Below the pieces are notes generated by a model. That model saw nothing but the letters and a program-made list of their open reading frames with translations. It made no database searches and was not told the DNA's origin. A stretch of DNA of 64,000 nt from an uncultured Candidatus Binatia bacterium (GTDB taxonomy: Bacteria; Desulfobacterota; Binatia; UBA9968; JAJDTQ01), in contig OZ243916.1 in the NCBI GenBank assembly GCA_965213675.1, positions 896,001-960,000 on the forward strand, in the 5' to 3' direction. This document shows, piece by piece, positions 33,831-46,658 of the stretch. Both the position numbers and the translations under genes were made by a program. Within the stretch, counting starts at the first letter, position 1. Each line of letters begins with the position of its first letter.

Positions 33831-33993
33831 CCTTGGACTTCGTTCCGCCGAACTCAGGATGAACGCACGCAGCGCGCCTTCACCAGGCTCGCGTCGTGGA
33901 CCATCTGGATCAAGTTCGCGCAGCAGGGGTCTCTTGCCAAGCGTTGCGGGAATATCCCGTGGGGCCCGAGCTCTTCGACACGCTCAGGCAAGC
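33831..33993. repeat. REP-like repeat remnants in the sufD-sufS spacer
   Basis: CCTTGGACTTCGTT (reverse complement of 61625-61638) and CTTCGACACGCTCAGGCAAGC (similar to 61596-61617). Confidence 0.5.
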
Positions 33994-34051
33994 TTCGAAA
34001 ACGACGTCGAAGCGCGCCATTGTGTTCCTCGGCGACCCCGTGCGCTTGCCG

Positions 34052-35427
34052 TCACGCCCCCAGTTCCGCGAGCAACCGGTTCGTCAATCCGTCCCGCAAC
34101 GGCTCGATGGCCACGCCGTCCAGGATCTCGCTGGCGAAGCCGCGCACCAGCAGTTTCCGCGCCACCGTCTGATCCAGCCCGCGCGAGCGCAGGTAGAACA
34201 TCTCGTCCTCCCGCAATTGTCCGATGGTGGTGCCGTGGGCGCAGCGCACGTCGTCGGCCAGGATTTCCAACTGCGGCTTGCTGTTGATCTCCGCGTCCTT
34301 GGACAGCATCAGGTTCTTGTTGGACTGCTCGGCCGCGGTCTTCTGCGCGTCCTTGCGCACCACGATCTTGCCGTTGAAAACCGCCCGCGCCTGATCCGTG
34401 AGCACACCCTTGTACAGCTCCCTGCTGGTGCAGTGGGGCTTTGCGTGTACGATGGCCGTGCGGCTGTCCACGTGCTGGGAGCCCCCGGCCACGTAGAGCC
34501 CCTGGAGCAGGCAGTCGGCCCCTTCCCCGTCAAGCAGCGCGTTCAACTCCACGCGGGTGATGGCGCCGCCCGCGGTCACCGAATGCGACCGGTAGCGGCT
34601 GTTGCGCGCCTGACGTACCTGCACGGTGCCGATGTGAAAGGCCTCGTCGCCCTCGCGCACCAGGCGGTAGTGGTCCAGCTCGGCGTCGTCCTCCAGCACG
34701 ATCTCGGTGACGGCGTTGGTGCAGTAGGCCGCGCCCGCCGAACCCGCATAGGTTTCCACCAGCGTCAGACGGCTGCCCGCCCCGGCCACCACCAGTGTGC
34801 GCGGATGCACGATGCGGTTGGGCGTCCGGCCAAAGTCGGCAGAGTACCTCACGTGGATCGGGTGTTCGAGAATCCGTCCGCGACTCAGCCAGACGGCAGC
34901 GCCGTCCTCCAGGAACGACGTGTTGAGCGCGCGGAGCGCATGCGCCTCGTGGTCGGCGTGCCGTCCGAGATGCGCTTCAACCCAGGGGCGCCGTTGTTCC
35001 ACCGCGTCGGCCAGGCGGCCGACGAAGAGGTCCCCACCGCGCGCGTCCAGGATGTCCCGGAGCGGTTCCCCGCCGGGCGCGTGCGGAATCCCATCACTGT
35101 CGCCTCGGTCGCGGGAAGCCCCGGGCCCCTTGCCACCCCGCGGGAACGTCAACTCATGGCGTTTCCATCCGCCGGCATCGAAGGGATCAGGAGCACCGCC
35201 CGGCGTCGACGCCGGCGCCTCCGCGGTGCGCGGGCACGCTCGCCGCAACGCCTCCAGGCTCGTGTATTTCCACTCCTCGTCACGCGTCGTGGGAAACCCC
35301 AGGGAGCAAAAGCGGTCCATGGCCTTGCGGCGCATGTCGCCGAGCCAGGCGCTGCCGTTGCCCGAGGTCCGCGCCGCGAGCCTCTCGAAATCTTCGAGGT
35401 AGCCCTGCTGATCGGCGGCGGTCCCGG

Positions 35428-35431
<4 letters not shown>
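34052..35431 (-). CDS. sufD: Fe-S cluster assembly protein SufD
   Basis: EEWKYT, AVFNGKI, KPQLEILADDVRCAHG, FYLRSRG. Confidence 0.94.
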
Positions 35432-36234
<803 letters not shown>

Positions 36235-36273
36235 TGTTTCAAGTCCCGTGGTCGGAATCGCCAGCAACGGCGG

Positions 36274-37740
<1,467 letters not shown>

Positions 37741-37786
37741 CCGTCCGAAGATGGACTCGAAGAGTCCGCCCTCGGCCTATCGAAAT

Positions 37787-38221
37787 TCAACTATGCAGCC
37801 CGTTCAAGCGCCCCTTCAGCCCCTCCCGGTCGGCAAGACTCCCGATGGAGACTCCGGCCAGGAATTCCACCAACAGCATCTGCGCCCGTTCCCACACGGA
37901 AATCTGCGTGCATACCGTGTCGTAGGGGCAGCAGTGATGATCCAGACACTCCATCAGGCTCAGTGGCTTCTCCACGGCTTCGTAGACTTCCTTGACGCTG
38001 ATGGACTCCGGAGGGCGCGCCAAGCTGAAGCCGCCCTTGCGGCCCATGTGGGACCGCACCAGCCCCGCCGCCGCGAGATCCTTCATGATCTTCGACATGT
38101 AATGCGTCGGAATGTCCTGTCGCGCGGCGATCTCCTTGCTGCCCACCACCCAACGGTGCGGCTGGGCCGCCAGATACGAAAGCGCCCGCACGGCATAGTC
38201 GACCTTCCTGCCGATATTCAT
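37787..38221 (-). CDS. Rrf2 family (IscR-like) transcriptional regulator heading the suf operon
   Basis: DYAVRAL, GRKGGFSLARP; Cys cluster ECLDHHCCPYDTVC. Confidence 0.9.
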   Translation of the reverse strand: MNIGRKVDYAVRALSYLAAQPHRWVVGSKEIAARQDIPTHYMSKIMKDLAAAGLVRSHMGRKGGFSLARPPESISVKEVYEAVEKPLSLMECLDHHCCPYDTVCTQISVWERAQMLLVEFLAGVSIGSLADREGLKGRLNGLHS

Positions 38222-38357
38222 CAGCGAGCTTCGGTCGGCCGTGACCCTGACGGAATTCACGGCGGATTCTTGCATGCTGGATCCCCTAACGAGATTGGTT
38301 CGGATCTTTGGCTCGGAACTCCTGCGAGTTCTCCCGTGCGTGGAACGTCGTGAGTCA

Positions 38358-38387
38358 AAAATAGACCTAAAGCGTCCATGTTGTCAA
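38358..38387 (-). promoter_or_regulatory. Putative suf promoter with an Rrf2-type operator
   Basis: Minus strand TTGACA-N18-TATTTT; imperfect palindrome ATAGAC-N7-GTCCAT (38361-38379) within it. Confidence 0.5.
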
Positions 38388-38498
38388 ACCCCGATCCTGT
38401 CGCCCACAGGAACCGGGGGCTGCTGTGTTCAAGAAAGGCCTTGGCCGAACGGGCAACGCGGCTTGAAGGCGCCGAAATCCCCATGCTACCAAGGCCGC

Positions 38499-39032
38499 AT
38501 GGCCATTCTCAAGGTCGCCCGCCTAGGCAATCCCGTGCTGCGCAGGCCGGCCCGCGCGGTTCCCGCTGAAATCGTGGGAAAGGCAGATTTCCAGCGTTTC
38601 ATCGACGACATGGTCGTCACCATGCGCGAGTACCAGGGGGTAGGCCTCGCCGCGGTCCAGGTCCACGAATCCATGCAGGTGGCGGTTTTGGAAGTGGCGG
38701 ACAACGCCCGTTACCCCGGCAAGGACGCCGTGCCCCTGTCCGTCCTCGTCAACCCCGAGATCGTACCGCTGGATGACGAAACGGAAGACGATTGGGAAGG
38801 ATGCCTGAGCATTCCCGAGATCCGCGGCCGGGTGCCCCGCTACAAGCGCCTGCGGGTGACCGCGCTGGACCGCGAGGGCCATGCACTCGACTTCGTCGCC
38901 GAGGATTTCCACGCGCGCGTCATCCAGCACGAGGTGGACCACCTGCGCGGCCAAGTCTACATGGACCGCATGCCCGATCTCACGACGCTGACCTACCTCA
39001 CCGAGTTGGCACGGTATTGGACGGAAAGGTAA
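38499..39032 (+). CDS. def: Peptide deformylase
   Basis: GVGLAAVQ, EGCLS, QHEVDHL. Confidence 0.96.
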   Translation: MAILKVARLGNPVLRRPARAVPAEIVGKADFQRFIDDMVVTMREYQGVGLAAVQVHESMQVAVLEVADNARYPGKDAVPLSVLVNPEIVPLDDETEDDWEGCLSIPEIRGRVPRYKRLRVTALDREGHALDFVAEDFHARVIQHEVDHLRGQVYMDRMPDLTTLTYLTELARYWTER

Positions 39033-39223
39033 GGGTGTTTTTGGCCCCTTGACACGTCGGCACTGACGGATGAGTTTACGATTGTCGGGTGCCCTTCATG
39101 GGCTCCATATGCTTCGCCCAGCCTGACATCACCTTCGCCTCATCCGCCTCTCCCCTTCTCATCCGCCCATGCCTTCCTCGCTGCTCCAACCAAGTGGGAC
39201 CACCTCAGCCACCTCCTATGCTC

Positions 39224-42200
39224 TCATCCGCGCCCATCCAAAACACTTCTCAACGTCTCCGTCTCCAGAAAATCATCCTCACCCTCGGCCACGAACTCCG
39301 GCGCCTTGAACAACGGATTGCCCGGTGACCAAAGCTCCACGCTTTCGGTGTGCTGCTCGTAGTATGCGGGGTCGGTGGTAACCCGCAGGCGTTTGGGCAT
39401 ACCCGGCGCGAGGAGGCTATATTCCCGCGTCCCCATGGTCTCGACCTCGACGCCCGGAGGCATCAAGGCCAGACAGGAAATGACGCGGTCCAGGTCTTCC
39501 ATGAGCACGGGGGACGGCGATCGTTGCGGCATGGTGAGGTCCTCGGTCAGGGCGGCGTCCAGGTCGAAGCCGCCGCGTTCCGCGTCGCTCGCCTGTTGTT
39601 CGATGGCTTCCACGACCTCCACGCGTCCTCGTTCTCGTCCAGAGAGCACCGTGTCGGCGATTGCACCCGGAAGCTGCGCCAGAATCGGTTGCAGGCGCCC
39701 CACTACCGTTTCGAACAGCCCAATGCGTTTACGCAGCGCGCGGTAGACGTCGGTCTCGACCGTGCCTTCGTAATGCAGATTGATGATCCGGATCACCGGA
39801 TAGTGCTGCCCGAGTCGGTCGATACGGCCAATGCGCTGCTCCACACGCATGGGGTTCCACGGCATGTCATAGTTCACCAACGCGCCGCAGAACTGAAAGT
39901 TCAACCCCTCGGCAGCAGCGTCCGTGCAGAGCAGCAGGTCTGCCTCACCGTCTCGGAAACGGCGCTTGGCGTCGTCCCGGCCGATGCGGCGCCAAGCGCC
40001 ATCGGTCCCAGGGAACTCGCCGCCGCGACCCGAGAAGCACAGCAGCCGCAGATTCGGATCCTGTCCGAGTTCCTCGCGAAGAAAATCCATGGTGTCGGTG
40101 TACTGGGTGAACACCATGATCTGCCGGTAGCCATCGGCGCGCAACGAGTCGAGGGCTTGCCTTAGACTGGCGAGCTTGCTGTCCGGCGGAAGACGGCGGA
40201 TGCTATCGAGCAGGCCTTGGATGTCGTCGGTTTCTTCCGCGGCCAGCACGTGCTGCTCCATGGCGACCATTTCTTCCGTGTCCGGTGCTTCGTCGAGCGT
40301 TTCGTCGTCCGGCGCGTCCTCGTCCAGCGTGGTCAACGTGCGGCCTACGGTGACGGCGTCCAGATGCCGCTGGAGCGTGCTGCCAAGTGCGCGGAAGCTG
40401 CTCGCCAAGCGGCGGCGATAGATGGTCATCACGAAGCCCACGGCGTTTCGCTCGGCCGCCGCTGCCTGATTGTAGGTTCCCGAGATGTAATCTTCCACCG
40501 CTTCGTAGAGAGCGCGCTCGCCAGCGCTCATCTTCACGAAATGATCTTCGACCCGGCGGTCGGCGATGGAGGTCGTCAGGGTTCCAGCCTTGAAGTAACG
40601 GCGCAACAACTCCCGCGTATGCCGTGAAACCAACTGCCGAATCGGGGTGTGCGCCTGCACGATCCTTACGGCCGCCTGGCGCTCTAACGTCTCCAACTGC
40701 CTGCGTGGAATGCTGGAACTGTCACGCAACGCTCGGAGAACCTTGTTGGCCTTGAGGCGCGATAGGTCGGCGAGGCCTTGCGCGTCCTCCGTCGTGACAG
40801 CACCGTAGCGATGCTCGACAGCCCGGAACAGACGCGCCATGCGCTCCGTGGCCTCGGGCGATGGGCTCGGCTGCTCCAGATCATCGAAGAAACGGAGGAA
40901 TGCTTCCGCAGTCCATTCCGGCGGAAGACCCAGGAGATCCAGCAGATCCCAGACTTCCACCGGATGTACCTGCATGGGAGTCGCGGTGAGCAGCACCAGG
41001 CCCTGAGTGCGCTCCTTCAACCCGCGCATGAGCCGAAGCAGGGCGTTCGGCCCGCCTTCGCTCTGGCTTCCCGCTCCGCGACGGCGGGCGTGGTGCGCCT
41101 CATCGAGCACCACGAGATCCCACGACTCTGCTTCCGTCAGCAGCGCCTCGGCGCGGTCGTGTCGCCGCATGAGCTGGCTCGACACGATCACCGCCGGCTC
41201 CTCGTGCCAGTCGGCATGGCCGACGTCACGCTCGTGGCGGCCGCGCTGTGCCGGCGACGGATACCAAGTGAGCTTGCGTCCGTCGTAGATGGGCCAGTTG
41301 AGGTTGAATTTCTCGCGTAGCTCGATTTGCCATTGCCTGAGCACGGCCTTGGGCGCGAGGATGAGAATCCGCTGCGCGCGTCCCGCAAGCCATGCCTGCC
41401 GCAGCAACAATCCCGCCTGGATGGTCTTGCCAAGCCCCACCTCGTCGGCAATCAGGAGTTTCGGCGGCCAATTTCCGTAAAGGCGCTCGAACGCGCGTAT
41501 CTGATGCGGCCACGGCGTGACCGCCGCGGTGGCCTCGCCGACGCGCGCACCGCCGCCGGGAAGGGTCGGGGCGCGCCGGATGAAAGCCCACACGAGCGTT
41601 CGCAAGTCGGCCGTTGAGACTATCGGTGGTTCAGGCCTTGGGCGGGCGGCTGACGGTGTATCCGTCTTCCCTTCCACCACTCCCTTCAATCGTTCCGGCA
41701 GCGCATCGGCGGAGGGCAGGAAGCGCAGCAGGTCGCTCCGTACCGCATCCGGCACGTCCAGCACGGAAAGGCGCGGAGTGCGGTTGGCCCAGATGCGCGC
41801 GAAGTTCGTCTCCTCAGCCACCACCCGCTCGGGTTGCGGTCCCCAACTCGTGTAGACGTTGATGCTCTCCCAGTTGGTGCGCCAGCCGGCGGCGGTCTCG
41901 TTCAGGCTGCCATTCCAAGCTATCTTCTCGCCCGTACGGTCCTCGATGACGCCAGCCTTCTCGTGGAAGATGCCGTCATCACTGACCGGCTTTCCGTTCG
42001 CGTCGCAAGGCACTGCTACCTTCACGTCGAGATGGCCGCGGGCGACCATCCAGGCCAGCAGCTCGAGAGCACCGGAAGCTCCCGCGTCCGGGGGCGCCAG
42101 GGGCAAGTCCGCCAGACGCTGCTCAACCCGTGCCCGCAACGCCTCGCCCCGCTCGATGGCCTCAATCTCGGGCGGGGCCAACGTACAGCCGACGATGAGC

Positions 42201-42388
42201 CGCATGCGCCCGCGGTTGCGCACCAGCCCCTCGATGCCGCGCGCCACCAGCGCGAGAGCTCCAGCATTGAAGTAGCCGGTCAGGCGGTCGTAACGCTCGG
42301 CGTCTTCCAGAGCCGGAACGTAGAAGAGCCGGACGAGGTCGCCGTCGTCCGGCGTGTACTTGAGCTTCCAATTGCGGTCCCGAAGCAT
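39224..42388 (-). CDS. PLD-like nuclease domain fused to an SNF2-family helicase (defence system)
   Basis: FHEKAGVIED...NGSLNET (HxK/GSxN); ADEVGLGKT, DEAHH, TATP, EGLNFQ, EQRIGRIDR. Confidence 0.9.
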   Translation of the reverse strand: MLRDRNWKLKYTPDDGDLVRLFYVPALEDAERYDRLTGYFNAGALALVARGIEGLVRNRGRMRLIVGCTLAPPEIEAIERGEALRARVEQRLADLPLAPPDAGASGALELLAWMVARGHLDVKVAVPCDANGKPVSDDGIFHEKAGVIEDRTGEKIAWNGSLNETAAGWRTNWESINVYTSWGPQPERVVAEETNFARIWANRTPRLSVLDVPDAVRSDLLRFLPSADALPERLKGVVEGKTDTPSAARPRPEPPIVSTADLRTLVWAFIRRAPTLPGGGARVGEATAAVTPWPHQIRAFERLYGNWPPKLLIADEVGLGKTIQAGLLLRQAWLAGRAQRILILAPKAVLRQWQIELREKFNLNWPIYDGRKLTWYPSPAQRGRHERDVGHADWHEEPAVIVSSQLMRRHDRAEALLTEAESWDLVVLDEAHHARRRGAGSQSEGGPNALLRLMRGLKERTQGLVLLTATPMQVHPVEVWDLLDLLGLPPEWTAEAFLRFFDDLEQPSPSPEATERMARLFRAVEHRYGAVTTEDAQGLADLSRLKANKVLRALRDSSSIPRRQLETLERQAAVRIVQAHTPIRQLVSRHTRELLRRYFKAGTLTTSIADRRVEDHFVKMSAGERALYEAVEDYISGTYNQAAAAERNAVGFVMTIYRRRLASSFRALGSTLQRHLDAVTVGRTLTTLDEDAPDDETLDEAPDTEEMVAMEQHVLAAEETDDIQGLLDSIRRLPPDSKLASLRQALDSLRADGYRQIMVFTQYTDTMDFLREELGQDPNLRLLCFSGRGGEFPGTDGAWRRIGRDDAKRRFRDGEADLLLCTDAAAEGLNFQFCGALVNYDMPWNPMRVEQRIGRIDRLGQHYPVIRIINLHYEGTVETDVYRALRKRIGLFETVVGRLQPILAQLPGAIADTVLSGRERGRVEVVEAIEQQASDAERGGFDLDAALTEDLTMPQRSPSPVLMEDLDRVISCLALMPPGVEVETMGTREYSLLAPGMPKRLRVTTDPAYYEQHTESVELWSPGNPLFKAPEFVAEGEDDFLETETLRSVLDGRG

Positions 42389-42391
42389 GAC

Positions 42392-44802
42392 TCAGCTATC
42401 GTCGTCCTGCCACAGCTTCAACTGCTCGGGCTCGTCGATGCGGTCGCTGTAGGCGAGCCGGGAGAGGTTGTAGAGCGTCTCGAAGTCCGTACCCGATGCC
42501 GCGGCCTCCCCCGTGAGATCGATTCCGGTGAAGGCGCGAGAGACGGGTAGCACCTCCAGCACAGCCTCCAGGGAAGCGAAGAAGCGCGTGTCCTTGTCCG
42601 CGAGTGTCGTAGCGAGCAACTCGCGCGCCGCGTCCAGGGACCGAAGGCGCGCCAGGTTGGCCGCGTGATGGATCGCGTCGATCATGCTTCGGGAGCCGTC
42701 AGCCGGACCGAGCGCCCCCTTGGCGGCTCGCCGTGCGCTGTCCCAGAGCCGGATGTCACTCCCCTTCTTCTCCGCAAGCCGGCCCACCACGTCCGTATCG
42801 AGATCGACGCCCACGGCCCGCGCCAGCCTGAGCGCCTCGTCGTACGAGAACACGGGCGCCTTGAAGGCATCCCATGCCAGAACGAAGAACGCCGTCGCGG
42901 GATCGAGATCGGCGTTGGCCTTGAGATGGGTCAACTGCTCCAGACGCCAGCGCTTGACCTCCCGCCGGGCGACCCCGAGGGCATCCTCCGGCGTGGCCTC
43001 GTAGGGGTCCCATTCCTCCTCGACAAGCACGTGCTGACGCCGTCGGCGGCGTTCCGCGGGAAGCTCGCGCGGCGTGCCCCGCTTGATCGGCCAGTGGCGG
43101 GAGAACTCCTCCAGCGCCGGCCCGAACGAAGCAAGGTAGAGATCGACCCCGGCAATGCCCGCCTCCTGGAACTCCCGCACCCGGGACCGCACCGCGGACG
43201 CAACCCGCGGCTCCACGTCCTCCCAGTAAAGCTCCGGCTCGTCTCTCACCAGAAACGGATCACGGACGCGCGGGCGGCACACCAGAAAGATGGTGCTGTT
43301 GGCCGCCGCCTTGTCCTTGATGTGCAGGCTCCCTTCCGCCTCCGTATTGATGGGCCAGGAGGCCGTGATGACGAAGCCCGCTTCGATCAACCCTTTGGTG
43401 AGGGCGTCCCAGGCTCCCGTGGCCTTGTGGGTGAACATCAGGGTCATGATGCCGTCGGGCTTCAGCACCCGGCGGCACTCCGCGAAGATCGCCGCCATGC
43501 GCTCCTGGTAGTCCTGACCGGCGAGCGCCCGCGCCCCTTTCTCTCCCTGAAACTTGGCCGGATTGGCTACCGCCTCGTTCTCCTTGTCGGTAAGCTGGCG
43601 GCGGAACAGCTCGGGAAAGACGTGCCCGGCCGTGCGCTTCAGCCAAACATAGAAGAAATCCGAAAGCTCCGCGTACATCACATTGTCGCAGTACGGGGGG
43701 TCCATAACCACGGCATCGATGGATGCGTCGCGGATGTGGTCAAGGCTATCGCCCGGCTTGCAGGTGATGGTGACAGGGGGCGGTTGCGAAATCTCGGCGG
43801 CGTCTTCAGGAACCCTATCGAAGAGATCAGGGCTGGCAGCAGTGACTCGGGCATCTGGACGAACGAGAGCGACGAGTTCGCCGATGCACTTGGCGGTCTG
43901 CTTGATGGCCCAGTCATATCCAAGGCCGGTAATCAACGGCGCCATCTCAGCATACGACCACTTGAACGAGAAATCATGCCGGTCGAAAGTATTGACCATC
44001 ACCTCGCGATTCGCGTGCCAACGGGTCATCCTGGAATTGTAGTCACGCAGCTTGTCCAGGGCCAGTGCAAGATACCCATAAGCCGCCTTCCGAACTTCGT
44101 CGAGCCGGCCCGCAGTTCGATCCTCGTCGAGCATTTCCCGGAAGAGTTCTACGCTCGTGCCGTGGCAAAGGAGTTGGCGAGGCGAGAACAGGTCACGCCA
44201 CATGCCCATACCATAGCGCTGCGGTTCGGTAGTCTTGTTCCCTTCGGGGACTCTCTCCCCCGGCACGATATCGAAAGCTTCCCACTCAGCCAATTTCTCG
44301 TCGAGCCGCGCCCGGATCTCCACGCCGTTGTCGTCCTCGGGACGCGGCGCGCGGTAGCCGCGCACCCACTTCACTCGAATTTGTCCCGTCTTGGTCTCGT
44401 ATTCGATCCGTTTCTTGTACACGACGGCGTAAAGCTGCTCGCCCATCCTCCCAACCTGCGCCTGAGCCTTGATGGTGTCACCGTCGATGATTCGCTGACA
44501 GTCCGGATAGGGGCAGTCACCCGTCCCGCGTGACACCGTACCTAGCGACTGCTCTGCGGCATTTCCCACAATTTCGAACCAGCACACACGCCCCCTCGAC
44601 CCTGGTCCGGCACCAAGTCCGGGCTTCAACCGGACGCCGGTCCCGTCGGGTGCCAGCCGCCAGTTGGGCGACAACGGAACCAGACCTTCGCAGTATGGAC
44701 AAGTGACGGTTCGAGCCCAGAGATAGGTTACATCGATTCGTTCCGGGAGGCCCCTTTGTGGGAACAATACGCCGAGACAGTCTTCGATCTGCCTGCGCCA
44801 CC
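42392..44802 (-). pseudogene. DUF1156-type adenine DNA methyltransferase, C-terminal fragment (IS-interrupted)
   Basis: YLWART-CPYC Zn ribbon, DPPY catalytic motif, YAELSDFFYVW; frame is open back to the IS junction. Confidence 0.88.
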
Positions 44803-44804
44803 TA

Positions 44805-46102
44805 GCAGGCCGTGGAAAAACGCCTAGATTTGAGCGTTTGTGAGTGATTCGATGGAAAATCCGGCTTCAGGGCATCGAGATAGACTTGTTTCACCGGCCA
44901 TTTCAGGCCAGCGGGCGCGGCGCAGACGCACTGAGGCCATGGACGCATGCTCAACCCCCGACTCCCAAGGTGCGCAGTCGTACCAGGTTGTAGGCGGCGA
45001 AGGTGAGGGTAAACTGGAAGTCGACCTTGGCCAAGCCCCGGTGCTTGAGTTTGCGCATGCCTCCGATGGTCTTGGCCCAGCCGAAGCCTTCCTCGATCCG
45101 TTTGCGGATGCGCTGGCTCACTGCGTAACCACCGTGACGGGTGGTGCGCCGGTCAATGGCGGAACGCCGGTGGGTATCGTTCTGGGCCACATGCGGACTG
45201 ACGTTGGCGCAGCGCAGTCCCTCCACAAAGTCTTTTGTATCGTATCCCTTGTCTGCCCCGAGGGTGAGCCGATCCGTGCCGGGACGCGCCGTCATCATCG
45301 CCAGGCCCGCCTCGCGCTCAGCCCGTCCGCCGGCTTCGGTGGTACGGGTATCGACGATCAGTCCATGGCGGTTATCCATCAACGCATGGCCCAGGTAGCA
45401 CAGCTTCGCTTCCTGCCCTTGGCCCTTGCGGTACAGCCGTGCCTGTGGATCGGTGCCCGACTGGTGGGTCGCATTGCTGCGCTTCTCGCCGTGGAAGTCC
45501 GCCTCGGCGTTGCGTCCACCGCCACCGCGCCGTCCGCCTCCATCTTTCGGCCGGAACGACTTCATCGACGCCCACGCCTCCAGCAACGTCCCGTCCACGC
45601 TGAAGTGTTCATCCGACAAAAGGCGTCCTTCACGGGCCTGACCCAGCACTTGCCCAAAAAAGGCCCGCGCGATGTCCGACCCGATCAACCGCTCCCGGTT
45701 CTTGGTGAACGTCGAGTGGTCCCACACCGGATCGTCCATCGACAGTCCCACAAACCACCTGAACAGCAAGTTGTAGTCCAGTTGCTCCACCAACAACCGT
45801 TCGCTACGGATCGAGTAAAGTACCTGAAGCAGCAACGCCCGCAGCAACTGCTCCGGCGCGATCGAAGGCCGCCCCGTGTGCGAGTACATCTCCTCAAACT
45901 CCCGCGTCAGTCCTTCAAGCGCCCTGTTCACCATTTTCCGTATCGCTCGCAACGGATGGTCCGCTGGCACTCGCGCCTCCGGCGACACATAACTGAACAT
46001 CCCTTCCTGACGCGGATCTGTTCCTCTCATCGTTTACTCCCTGTCCTTACGAATAGGATACTTACTGTTATCCGCGTCAGGCGGAGTTTTTCAACAACCT
46101 GC
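44805..46102 (-). mobile_element. IS5-family insertion sequence (1298 bp) with TA target duplication
   Basis: Imperfect TIRs GCAGGCCGTGGAAAAACGCC / GCAGGTTGTTGAAAAACTCC; TA at 44803-44804 and 46103-46104. Confidence 0.92.
44951..46030 (-). CDS. IS5 family transposase
   Basis: MRG.D..Q..MFSY, GRPSIAPEQLLRA, FSVDGT, GADKGYD, RKRIEEGFGW (DDE). Confidence 0.95.
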   Translation of the reverse strand: MRGTDPRQEGMFSYVSPEARVPADHPLRAIRKMVNRALEGLTREFEEMYSHTGRPSIAPEQLLRALLLQVLYSIRSERLLVEQLDYNLLFRWFVGLSMDDPVWDHSTFTKNRERLIGSDIARAFFGQVLGQAREGRLLSDEHFSVDGTLLEAWASMKSFRPKDGGGRRGGGGRNAEADFHGEKRSNATHQSGTDPQARLYRKGQGQEAKLCYLGHALMDNRHGLIVDTRTTEAGGRAEREAGLAMMTARPGTDRLTLGADKGYDTKDFVEGLRCANVSPHVAQNDTHRRSAIDRRTTRHGGYAVSQRIRKRIEEGFGWAKTIGGMRKLKHRGLAKVDFQFTLTFAAYNLVRLRTLGVGG

Positions 46103-46658
46103 TAATGGCCAACCTGTAAAACTCTACCTCAATCTCATGAGTGTAGGCTGACGGCCACTCAACCGTCGCCTTGGTGATCAGAGTAGCGACAGGATTAAGG
46201 TCGTTGGCAAGTGGCGTCAAGGTCATGCGCATCGTTTCGAACGGAATACTGCCTCCGCCGGCGGTCGGATCAAGGACTGTACAGTCCTCTGTGGTACGCT
46301 TGATCGTCGCCCTAATCCATCCGATGTCGCGGTTGGTCAAGACGTGTTTGAACGCCCGAACATAGCCGTAGGGATCAGCCACGCGAACTCCAGTCCTGCG
46401 TGCGCGATCTATCGCATGTCGTGCAGCGATCGGGTCCCCGTGTATCCCGAGAACATGCAGAAACCGTTCCCGATCCGCGTCTGCCGGTAAGAGCGACGCC
46501 AGCACCGCCGCCCGTGACGCCACCAGCGGACGCCGCGCCCACCACACGTGGAGCCGGTTCGGAGCCGGGAACGGCGTCATCGGCGTCCGTTCTCGCAGGC
46601 TCTCCTCGCCGATTTCTGCTATCGGCAACCACCGCTCAATCAGGCGTGTGTTAGCCAT
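46103..46658 (-). pseudogene. DUF1156-type DNA methyltransferase, N-terminal fragment
   Basis: RLIE.WLP, LHVWWARRPL, DPTAGGGSIPFE (SAM-binding), NDLNPVA. Confidence 0.88.

Noticed and set aside
35040-35240. Low-complexity Gly/Pro-rich stretch in the SufD N-terminus, possibly a repeat insertion
   Set aside because: No match to the window's repeat families was seen, and SufD N-termini are naturally variable
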